The position numbers were made by a program, and so were the translations under genes. A DNA stretch of 64,000 nt from an uncultured Smithella sp. GTDB taxonomy: Bacteria > Desulfobacterota > Syntrophia > Syntrophales > Smithellaceae. Below are positions 28,713 through 36,775 of this stretch, piece by piece. The stretch is taken from the NCBI GenBank assembly GCA_964547345.1, contig CAZJMX010000007.1, positions 35,791 to 99,790 of the forward strand, read 5' to 3'. Numbering within the stretch: position 1 is the stretch's first letter; the number at the start of each line of letters is the position of its first letter. Below the pieces are notes generated by a model. The model did not search any database, was not told where the DNA came from, and was given only the letters and a program-made list of their open reading frames with translations.

Positions 28713-30266
28713 ATGAGGAAAATTGGCAAAAAGGCCGCTTTGGTCATTGACGGCGGTTCTGTCAGTTTTGACGACCTGATTGCCGTCTCCAAAGACGGCA
28801 TGAAAGTGACGATCAGCAAAAAGCCCGCCTTTGTGAAACGCATGGAGGCCACGCGGAAAATACTGATGGCATCCCTGGAAAAAGGCGTTGCGGTTTACGG
28901 CGTGAATACCGGCTACGGCAAATCCTGCGGGAACCGGATCAGCATGAAAGACGCGATGAGAAACGGCGTCAATATTTTTCGCTTTCACGGGTGCGGCACA
29001 GGCGAGCCCATCGGCATTGAAGAGACGCGGGCAGCCATGCTGACCCGCATCATCTGCCTGGCGCGAGGCTATTCCGGCGTTTCCATCGGCCTTTTGCAGC
29101 AGATGGCTGATTTTTTAAACGCGGGCCTCACGCCCGTGGTGCCCGCAGAAGGCTCAGTGGGTGCCTCCGGCGATCTGACGCCCATGTCGTATATCGGCGC
29201 GACGCTCATGGGTGAACGCGACGTCTTTTATGAAGACGACATTGTGCCTGCCGCCGTCGCCCTGAAAAAAGCCGGCCTGAAACCCTACACCTACCTGCCG
29301 AAAGAACCGCTGTCGATGGTGAACGGCACGACGACCATGACCGGCATTGCCGCTCTGACTCTCGAGCGGGCAAAGCGCGTGCTGGATGCCGCGATTGTCG
29401 CCACGGCGCTGTCCGTTCATGCGATGAAAGGCAACGCCCATCATTATCATCCGGTGATTTCCGAGGCCAAGCCCTTCCCCGGCCAGACCTATGTCGCCAA
29501 GAAAATCTCTCACCTGCTATTGTCGAGGGTCTCGGCGCGGCACCTGGAAGACGAAACGCTCGAAACATTGCAGGACCCCTACTCGCTGCGCTGTGCGCCG
29601 CAAGTGCTGGGTGTATTGTACGACGCGCTCGTCTGGATAGAAAAATGGGTCGAGACGGAAGCCAACTCATCCAACGACAATCCGATATTTGATCCCGCCA
29701 CAGGCCAGGTGCTGATGGGCGGCAATTTCTACGGGGGTCATATCGCCTTTGCCATGGACGGCCTCAAGGCCGCGCTTGCGTCGGCTGCCGACATGTGCGA
29801 CAGGCAAATGATGCTCCTGGTCAACCCCAATCTCAACCGGGGGCTGCCGGGCGATCTGGTGCGGTTAAACGGCGCTCAGACCGGCCTGCATCATGGCTTC
29901 AAGGCCATGTCGATTTCGTCGTCGGCGCTCGCCGCCGAGGCGCTCAAAAACACCATGCCCGCGGCGTCGTTTTCCCGTTCGACCGAATCGCACAATCAGG
30001 ACAAAGTCAGCATGGGAACCATCGCCGCCCGGGACGCGGAACGGGTGTGCACGCTCACTGAGCGCGTCATGGCCATTCATCTGCTCGCGGCGGCGCAGGC
30101 CTGCGACATCCGGCAAAATATCCGCGTCCGGCCGCTTCTGGCCAAGATCCTCCAGAATATCCGGACCGTGAGCGATGGGGTGGTCGAAGACCGGCCGCTG
30201 GATGAAGACATTGAAAGAATGTGTGTTGTGATCCGTTACACCGACTTTTTCAGGATGAAACCATGA
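28713..30266 (+). CDS. Aromatic amino-acid ammonia-lyase (HAL/TAL/PAL family, MIO cofactor)
   Basis: MIO-forming triad in GSVGASGDLTPMSY. ATG 28713 is preceded by AAAGGAG. Family-typical YGVNTGYG and NDNP. Confidence 0.85.
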   Translation: MRKIGKKAALVIDGGSVSFDDLIAVSKDGMKVTISKKPAFVKRMEATRKILMASLEKGVAVYGVNTGYGKSCGNRISMKDAMRNGVNIFRFHGCGTGEPIGIEETRAAMLTRIICLARGYSGVSIGLLQQMADFLNAGLTPVVPAEGSVGASGDLTPMSYIGATLMGERDVFYEDDIVPAAVALKKAGLKPYTYLPKEPLSMVNGTTTMTGIAALTLERAKRVLDAAIVATALSVHAMKGNAHHYHPVISEAKPFPGQTYVAKKISHLLLSRVSARHLEDETLETLQDPYSLRCAPQVLGVLYDALVWIEKWVETEANSSNDNPIFDPATGQVLMGGNFYGGHIAFAMDGLKAALASAADMCDRQMMLLVNPNLNRGLPGDLVRLNGAQTGLHHGFKAMSISSSALAAEALKNTMPAASFSRSTESHNQDKVSMGTIAARDAERVCTLTERVMAIHLLAAAQACDIRQNIRVRPLLAKILQNIRTVSDGVVEDRPLDEDIERMCVVIRYTDFFRMKP

Positions 30267-30682
30267 GCTTTGAGAAAAAAAGTTTTGAAGTCAAACTCCG
30301 TGTTCCGTTTTTTGATCTCGATCCGATGCAAATCGTCTGGCACGGCAACTATCTCAATTATTTTGAAGTCGCCCGCGCCGCGTTGTTTGAAAACCAGGGT
30401 GTCGATCTGTATTCCTACTTTGACCGGGAAAAAATTATCTTCCCCATCATCCGGACATCTACCAAACACATTTTTCCGCTCAAACATCGCGACGAGGTCA
30501 TCATCAAGGCTACGCTCGTGGATGCCCATATCAAGCTGGTGGTGGATTTTGAAATCCGCAAGGCCGCCGACAACACGGTCTGCGCGCGCGGGCGCACCGA
30601 ACAGGTGGCGGTGAAGACGCCGGAGATGGAAACGCTCTTCAGTCTGCCCACAGACATTCAGAAACTCCTGGGGGTCGTATAA
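30263..30682 (+). CDS. 4-hydroxybenzoyl-CoA thioesterase-family hotdog thioesterase (YbgC/ApeK-like)
   Basis: 139 aa with the FFDLDPMQIVWHGNYLNYFE motif. ATGA overlap with the lyase stop. Confidence 0.8.
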   Translation: MSFEKKSFEVKLRVPFFDLDPMQIVWHGNYLNYFEVARAALFENQGVDLYSYFDREKIIFPIIRTSTKHIFPLKHRDEVIIKATLVDAHIKLVVDFEIRKAADNTVCARGRTEQVAVKTPEMETLFSLPTDIQKLLGVV

Positions 30683-32391
30683 TGGACGATTTACTCAAAA
30701 AATCTTTTGTGGCCGGTGTGGAACGGGTTGCCGCGTGGGCGGATCTGCTCGACGCCATTAATGTGTTTCCCATCGCCGACGGAGACACGGGGCGGAATCT
30801 CTCCATCAGCCTCTCCCCGCTTCGCAATACTGGTGAGCAGCAGGACAAAATCGTCCGCCAGTTACTGCTTGCCGCACGCGGCAATTCCGGCAATATCGCA
30901 TCGCGCTTCTTTTCAGCGTTTTATCAGGCTTCGTCGCCCGCCGATCTGAAGGCGGCGGTGCAGGAAGGAAACGCCAGAGCCTGGAGCGCCGTTTCCGATC
31001 CGCGTCTGGGAACGATGCTTTCCGTATTCGACGCGCTCGAAGAAATCCTTTGCCGCAACGATTATAGGCCCGGCAAAAACAGCGCCGACGAGATCATTGC
31101 GCACCTGGAGCAGGCCGTGCGCGAGACGCATGATCTGCTGCCGAAGCTCCAAGAGGCAGGCGTTGTGGATGCAGGGGCTTTGGGCATGTACATCTTCTTC
31201 GAGGGCTTCTTCTATACCCTGGCCGGGCATGACAATCATTATCGGCCCGTGACGGATGTATTTCCAGACCGTCTGCGGATATCTGCTGCGTTTAAGGAAG
31301 TGTCGGAAACCGGTTACTGCGTGGATTTTGTAGTAAGAGCCGATGCCGGGTCGCCCGAAGCCCTGACAAAAATCGCCGGCTCCCAGGACAGCGCCATCGT
31401 CATTCAGGACGGCGATCTCTACAAGATTCATCTGCACACGGACGACAAGGACAAAATCAAATCCCAGATGGCAAAGCTAGGCTCGGTGATGAATTGGGAG
31501 GACGATAATCTTTCCGCCCAGATCAACGAATTCATGAAGACGCACACCGATTCGCCTCTGCATATCATGACGGATGCGGCAGGCTCGCTCACCCGCAACG
31601 ACGCCAAAAGATATGGTTTTACGCTGCTCAACAGCTATCTCAATGTCGGTGAAAAGTCGCTTCCTGAAACCTGTTTCCATCCGGAAGAACTCTACAGCGC
31701 CATGAGAGCGGGTGTGAAAGTGTCCACGTCGCAGTCCTCCGTTTTTGAAAGGCATCAGTTTTATGCCGCGGCTTTGGCGCGTTTTGAAAAAGTTTTGTAT
31801 TTGTGCGTCGGTTCTGTTTATACCGGCAATTACCAGATCGTCACCGATTGGAAAAAAGAACATGATCCGGACAATCGTCTTCTGGTCATCGATACCGGTG
31901 CGGCCTCCGGAAGACTGGGAACCATGGTGCTGGCGGTGGTGCGGAATCTGGCACAAACCCGTGACATGGACACAACCTATGCGTTTGCAAAAAAAGCGGT
32001 GGAAACCTGTGAGGAGTATGTGTTTCTGGAAAAGCTCGAATATCTGGCGGCAGGCGGCAGGTTATCCAAAACGAGCGCCTTCTTCGGCGACATGCTGAAA
32101 ATGAAACCGGTGATATCGCCACTGCCGGAAGGCGCCAAAAAAGTCGGCGTCGTGCGCAACCGCAAAGATCAGATCAAAATGGCGCTTGCAAAACTCTCGG
32201 CGGCGCTGGGCCCGGATGAAAACGCCCTCATCATGCTGGAATATTCAGACAATATCGATCAAGTGACGGAATTCGGCAAAGACGTGAAAAAACTCTATCC
32301 GAAGGCTGAGATTATTTTGCAGCCCCTGTCAGTGACGTCCGGCGCGCATTTTGGGCCGGGGACATGGGGCGTGGCTTTTTTGGCCCTATAG
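30682..32391 (+). CDS. Fusion of a FakA-type Dak2 (DhaL-like) domain with a DegV (FakB-like fatty-acid-binding) domain
   Basis: The N-terminus has FPIADGDTGRNLS and ARGNSGNI (Dak2/FakA pattern). The C-terminal half has HIMTDAAGSL, TSQSS, TGNYQ and VIDTGAASG (DegV pattern). TAATG overlap with the thioesterase. Confidence 0.7.
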   Translation: MDDLLKKSFVAGVERVAAWADLLDAINVFPIADGDTGRNLSISLSPLRNTGEQQDKIVRQLLLAARGNSGNIASRFFSAFYQASSPADLKAAVQEGNARAWSAVSDPRLGTMLSVFDALEEILCRNDYRPGKNSADEIIAHLEQAVRETHDLLPKLQEAGVVDAGALGMYIFFEGFFYTLAGHDNHYRPVTDVFPDRLRISAAFKEVSETGYCVDFVVRADAGSPEALTKIAGSQDSAIVIQDGDLYKIHLHTDDKDKIKSQMAKLGSVMNWEDDNLSAQINEFMKTHTDSPLHIMTDAAGSLTRNDAKRYGFTLLNSYLNVGEKSLPETCFHPEELYSAMRAGVKVSTSQSSVFERHQFYAAALARFEKVLYLCVGSVYTGNYQIVTDWKKEHDPDNRLLVIDTGAASGRLGTMVLAVVRNLAQTRDMDTTYAFAKKAVETCEEYVFLEKLEYLAAGGRLSKTSAFFGDMLKMKPVISPLPEGAKKVGVVRNRKDQIKMALAKLSAALGPDENALIMLEYSDNIDQVTEFGKDVKKLYPKAEIILQPLSVTSGAHFGPGTWGVAFLAL

Positions 32392-32405
32392 AGAGTGAAT
32401 GGAAC

Positions 32406-33128
32406 ATGACTATCGAAAACAGCAAAAACCGAATCGCCTTTATTATTCCGGTCTACAACCACGCGGCGACGGTCGCTCAGGTTGTGCGGCAGGCGCAGGC
32501 GCTGGGGTATCCAGTTATTGTCGTGGATGACGGCTCGACCGACGACACGCCACTTAGTCTTGCGGAAATCAAAGGCATTACTTTGCTGCGCCATGAAAAA
32601 AATCAGGGCAAGGGTGCGGCGATTCTGACCGGCTTCATGGCGGCCTGCAATGAAGCTGATTTCGCAATCACGCTGGATGCGGATGGACAGCACTACCCGG
32701 AAGACGCCCTGAAGTTGATCCATGCGATTCCCCAGGGGAAGCGACCGATTATCGTCGGCGCACGAGAAGGGATGACGGCGCAACTGGGCGCTCATATTCC
32801 CTGGACGAGCCGCTTCGGCCGGAAATTTTCCAACTTCTGGGTCTGGATCTCCGGCGGTCCCGCCCTGTCGGATTCGCAAAGCGGCATGCGGCTCTACCCG
32901 CTGCCGGAGGCGCTCAGCCTTCCCACACGGGCGCGTCGTTTTCAGTTCGAAGTCGAAATCCTGGTCAAGGCTAAACGAAAAGGCATTCCCGTCATCGAAA
33001 CGCCGGTGAGGGTTTTTTATCAGGCAGGCGAAGAACGCATCTCTCACTTCCGCCCGTTTGTCGATTTTCTACGCAACACCAAAACCTTCACGCGTTTGAT
33101 TTTCAGCCGCATTTTTTCTCACCACTGA
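32406..33128 (+). CDS. Family 2 glycosyltransferase (ApeJ-like)
   Basis: IIPVYNH, VVDDGSTDDT and LDADGQH (DxD). Confidence 0.85.
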   Translation: MTIENSKNRIAFIIPVYNHAATVAQVVRQAQALGYPVIVVDDGSTDDTPLSLAEIKGITLLRHEKNQGKGAAILTGFMAACNEADFAITLDADGQHYPEDALKLIHAIPQGKRPIIVGAREGMTAQLGAHIPWTSRFGRKFSNFWVWISGGPALSDSQSGMRLYPLPEALSLPTRARRFQFEVEILVKAKRKGIPVIETPVRVFYQAGEERISHFRPFVDFLRNTKTFTRLIFSRIFSHH

Positions 33129-33130
33129 AA

Positions 33131-35824
33131 TCAAATGGCCTGGTCTTTATATTTGCGGAAATAACTGAATAAGTCTTTGAATGTACCTGGCTTGTACTTT
33201 TCAAAATCCTCTTCATCTACGAAAACAAAATCGAAATGAATCTTCTTTTGCGACTGATTGATGTCGGCACACCATTTTTTCAAGCGTTCCATCTTTAGGG
33301 GCACATCAATTTCTTCCAGCCCTTTTGTTTCCACGATAAAAATATTCGATTCACCGGTCTTTACGAAAAAGTCCGGATAATAGTTGGAGACGTTCCCTTT
33401 GGAATCGACATAGTCAAGCGTGAAATGCACGGCCAGATAGTTCTTGGCAAACGATATAACGTCCGGCCATTTTTCCAGCGCAGAAGCAAATTGCAATTCC
33501 AGGTTGCTGTCGCCGATAATTTTATTGAAGAGGCTTTTCTGCGGCACCAGATAGCCTTGTTCTTTGGCCACGAAAGGTCTTGTTTGCCGGAGCTTTATAT
33601 AATCCTTTATTTCCGCACTACCTTTATCCTGCACGGTCAATTCATTAATTTTTGTTTTAAATGTTGCCATGATGGTCTGAGCCGCACCGGGTTCCGACAA
33701 ATTGCGAAGCGTGTTGAGATCATCAATATCAACAGGGTTTTTAAAAAGATGCTCCGTGATAAACTCCCTGACTTTCGGATATAAAACGTCGTAACCACTG
33801 ACCAGACGCAGTTCCTTCATAATCCCCTGCGTGAAATAACCAATCACGCTTCGGTAATCGCCAACGGCGTTTGAATCCAGATAGGTCACATGGTTGGTTT
33901 CACCGCTCGTAATATCTTTGAATATAATTTCTCTTTTTTCTTCTTCCGTGTATTGCTTATAGTCAACCTTGCGGAAAATGAAATTAGCCGGACTAAGCTC
34001 TTCCAGGTTTTTATAATTTCGGTACATTCTTGGTGTCATGACCGGAATTTCCATGTCCAGTTTCTCTATATTTTTCCGGTCATTTTCATGATCCACTTCG
34101 ATAACAATCGGCGTTTTGGCGCCTGTGCCTGCGCCCATTGGCTTTCGTTCCAGTTCAACGCCTTCGCTTTTGATGGATTCGACAAAATCCATGAAGGCAT
34201 CGGTGCCGACCACGCTGACATATTCAGTCGCGTCGGCTCCCATGTACATTCTTCGCAATCCACGACCCAGCGTTTGCTCGGGTAGGATATTACTCTTCGC
34301 CGCATAGGCACGCAGACCGACAATGGTGGTCACGTTGCGCACATCCCAGCCTTCTTTCAGCATCAGCACCGAGATGATGACCTTGTAGGGGCTTTCCCAA
34401 CTGTCGATTGAATTGGCGGCTTTGCGCAGAATCTCCAGTTCCTCTTTGCTCTTTTTGGAATCAGCTTCAGAGATTTCGCCGTTATTGTTCGTGTGAATAG
34501 TCAAAATAGCATCTTTTATTTCAGGATAAGTGGTTTTCAGATATTCTTCCACATCATCGCAATTCTTGGTGTCGTCGGTCATCACGAACAAAACGGCCTT
34601 CTTGCCCATCTTTTCATGTTCCGCATAAGCCTTGCGCCATTCCTCCATGCCCAGTGCCAAGTAGTCGGCATATCTTTCCGTGTATCTGGAACTCTGGCGC
34701 TCTTCGAGTTTGGCGCGGCTGGCCTCATCGGGCAACACGGGACGTTTGACCACATTTTGTGTGATGGCCTCAACCAAGGGGTAGTCGCAGACCGTCTGGA
34801 CAAATATCGCGCCATTATTGTGCTTGGGCGTTGCGGTAAGATCAATCTGCAAAGAAAGAAAATGATCCTTCTGCTTCAGGCGATTATGGATATCTTGAAT
34901 GGATTTAAACCATGCCAGACGGCTGTCATGGATATGATGCGCCTCATCGTTAATGACAATCAACTCATCGATTTCGCGGACGATGACACCCAGATCAACC
35001 TTGGAATCGTTGGTTTTTCCGACAGGCCTTTTGCCCAGAAAATAGTCTTCCAGGTTGTCATCATCAAAGCTGGGTTCAATATCGTTGCCGGCGTAAACGC
35101 GGTGTATGTTGGTGAGAAAGAAATTGCCGGTTTTCCGGACAATGGAAACATCGTCCTGAATATGTAGCGTCAACTGAAAATCATCCTGCCAGTTTTGTCC
35201 CTCGTAACCATTGTCGGGGAGCAGCGGATCATTAAAGAATATTTTCAATCCGTCAAAATCTGCCCGAAGTCGATCCAGCACGATGATGTTCGGCGCAATA
35301 ACCAGAAAATTGGTCGCCAGTTTGGAGTCTGGTTCGTAAAGCTTGTGGAAATAGCACCAGGCGATGATCAGACTCATCACTTTGGTCTTGCCGCTGCCGG
35401 TGGCCATTTTGATCACCAGCCTAAGCCAGTCTTCATCAAAGAAGCCGGCGGAAACAGTGCCGGAGGAATCAAAGCGGATCAGGTCGTATTTATCCTTAAC
35501 TTTGACGACCTCATAAAGATAGACGACGGTTTCCAAAGCTTCGCGCTGGGCGAAATAGTACTTGAAATTAAAAAGCGATCCATCGGATTGGGGCAGAATA
35601 TGTTCCCGCTGAAACCACCAGTGAAGCAGCGCCCTGCTGGTGTCGGTTGCCCCTTCATAATCTGTATCGCGCCACTGGCTTACATCCTGACGGATTTTAT
35701 GCACCAGTGGCGGCAGCAACTTTTCATAGCTGGATTCTCTAAGAGCTTCATCCGCCGGAAACCAGCGGTATTCGGGGGGAAGTACTTCATGCGGCGATTT
35801 GGGAAAGTTCGGATGAATGGCCAT
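33131..35824 (-). CDS. res: Type III restriction enzyme Res subunit (SF2 helicase plus C-terminal PD-(D/E)xK nuclease)
   Basis: Walker A MATGSGKT, DEAH box VINDEAHH, and a C-terminal nuclease-like YYPDF ... VETKG. Confidence 0.85.
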   Translation of the reverse strand: MAIHPNFPKSPHEVLPPEYRWFPADEALRESSYEKLLPPLVHKIRQDVSQWRDTDYEGATDTSRALLHWWFQREHILPQSDGSLFNFKYYFAQREALETVVYLYEVVKVKDKYDLIRFDSSGTVSAGFFDEDWLRLVIKMATGSGKTKVMSLIIAWCYFHKLYEPDSKLATNFLVIAPNIIVLDRLRADFDGLKIFFNDPLLPDNGYEGQNWQDDFQLTLHIQDDVSIVRKTGNFFLTNIHRVYAGNDIEPSFDDDNLEDYFLGKRPVGKTNDSKVDLGVIVREIDELIVINDEAHHIHDSRLAWFKSIQDIHNRLKQKDHFLSLQIDLTATPKHNNGAIFVQTVCDYPLVEAITQNVVKRPVLPDEASRAKLEERQSSRYTERYADYLALGMEEWRKAYAEHEKMGKKAVLFVMTDDTKNCDDVEEYLKTTYPEIKDAILTIHTNNNGEISEADSKKSKEELEILRKAANSIDSWESPYKVIISVLMLKEGWDVRNVTTIVGLRAYAAKSNILPEQTLGRGLRRMYMGADATEYVSVVGTDAFMDFVESIKSEGVELERKPMGAGTGAKTPIVIEVDHENDRKNIEKLDMEIPVMTPRMYRNYKNLEELSPANFIFRKVDYKQYTEEEKREIIFKDITSGETNHVTYLDSNAVGDYRSVIGYFTQGIMKELRLVSGYDVLYPKVREFITEHLFKNPVDIDDLNTLRNLSEPGAAQTIMATFKTKINELTVQDKGSAEIKDYIKLRQTRPFVAKEQGYLVPQKSLFNKIIGDSNLELQFASALEKWPDVISFAKNYLAVHFTLDYVDSKGNVSNYYPDFFVKTGESNIFIVETKGLEEIDVPLKMERLKKWCADINQSQKKIHFDFVFVDEEDFEKYKPGTFKDLFSYFRKYKDQAI

Positions 35825-35908
35825 ATGGTCTAAAATCCTATTTTATAGTCTAATTGAATTTCCGTAATTAATTGAATTACCTAGTCTATTTTATGATCAT
35901 GGTCTAAA
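35825..35908. repeat. Nested direct repeats in the 132-bp gap upstream of res
   Basis: ATGGTCTAAA at 35825 and 35899; TAGTCTA at 35846 and 35882; TAATTGAATT at 35851 and 35869. A ninth-tenths copy, TAATTGAATa, sits at 39086..39095 just upstream of the mod start. Confidence 0.8.
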
Positions 35909-35956
35909 GTAGATATAAAATACAGCTATTAACATCTAATCCAAGGCAAGTAGCCA

Positions 35957-36775
35957 TTACTTCTTTTTCAATTCCAGTTTCTTGATTTGTGAATCTTCCG
36001 TCAACAGTCGCATCTGACCGATGGCAATTTTATTGAGTTTGCTCAGACGCAATTCTTGTGGCAGCCCTTCATTAATAAATAGAGCATTAAGATTTTCCAG
36101 ATTGGACAGGCAAACCAGTTGGGCCGCATTGGCATGGTCCCGGACGTTGCCTTTTTTATCATTATTTTTGTCCCGCCAGTCTTTGGCGGTCATGCCAAAG
36201 AGTGCCATGTTCAATACATCAGCTTCAGATGCATAAATAATACTTATCTGGGTTTTTGTCAGTTCCGATGGAATCAGGTTTTCTTTGATGGCGTCTGTGT
36301 GAATGCGGTAATTGATTTTAGCCAGATTGCGTTTGATGTCCCAACCAAGCTGCTTAAGTTCTTCATCTTTCAGTCGCTGGAATTCTTTGATGAGATATAA
36401 CTTGAACTGCGGCGAGATCCATGAGGCAAACTCAAAGGCAATGTCTTTATGCGCGTATGTTCCGCCATATCGTCCTGCTTTAGCTACGATTCCTCTGGAA
36501 TTTGTCTTCTCCGCCCACTGTTTTACAGAAAGGACAAATCTGTTGAGCCCTGCCTGATTTTTAATTCCCTCGAATTCGGGGGAATTAAAATCGGGGTTGT
36601 ATATTCCCTCCCAAATACCAAGAAACTCAATGGTATTTTTATTTCTGAGCCATTTTTCAATCAGCGCAAGACCATTCTCTGTGCCTTTGACCATATCCGT
36701 CAGAGAAATATAATCTTCTTCATTTTGAGAAATGATGGTTATTTCTTTTCCTTGTACAGCAATTTTTTCAGCCAT
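35957..36775 (-). CDS. KilA-N domain-containing protein
   Basis: 272 aa with ISLTDMVK ... IEKWLRNKNTIEFLGIWE ... GGTYAHKDIAFEFASWISPQFKLYLIKEFQRL, which I recognise as the widespread bacterial KilA-N family. Its ATG shares one base with the mod stop (TAATG). Confidence 0.75.
   Translation of the reverse strand: MAEKIAVQGKEITIISQNEEDYISLTDMVKGTENGLALIEKWLRNKNTIEFLGIWEGIYNPDFNSPEFEGIKNQAGLNRFVLSVKQWAEKTNSRGIVAKAGRYGGTYAHKDIAFEFASWISPQFKLYLIKEFQRLKDEELKQLGWDIKRNLAKINYRIHTDAIKENLIPSELTKTQISIIYASEADVLNMALFGMTAKDWRDKNNDKKGNVRDHANAAQLVCLSNLENLNALFINEGLPQELRLSKLNKIAIGQMRLLTEDSQIKKLELKKK

Larger units (their letters stand above)
208..33128. other. Aryl-polyene/flexirubin-type (type II PKS/FAS-like) lipid biosynthetic gene cluster, interrupted by two signalling modules
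   Basis: Co-localised ACP, KS, KS+CLF-like, KR, DH, AasS-like ligase, PlsC-like acyltransferase, GT2, 4HBT thioesterase, LolA-like, DUF3261-like lipoprotein, MMPL-like exporter, methyltransferase and ammonia-lyase. Genes are tightly packed or overlapping: ATGA overlaps at 12303, 12995 and 30263, and a TAATG overlap at 30682. Confidence 0.7.
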
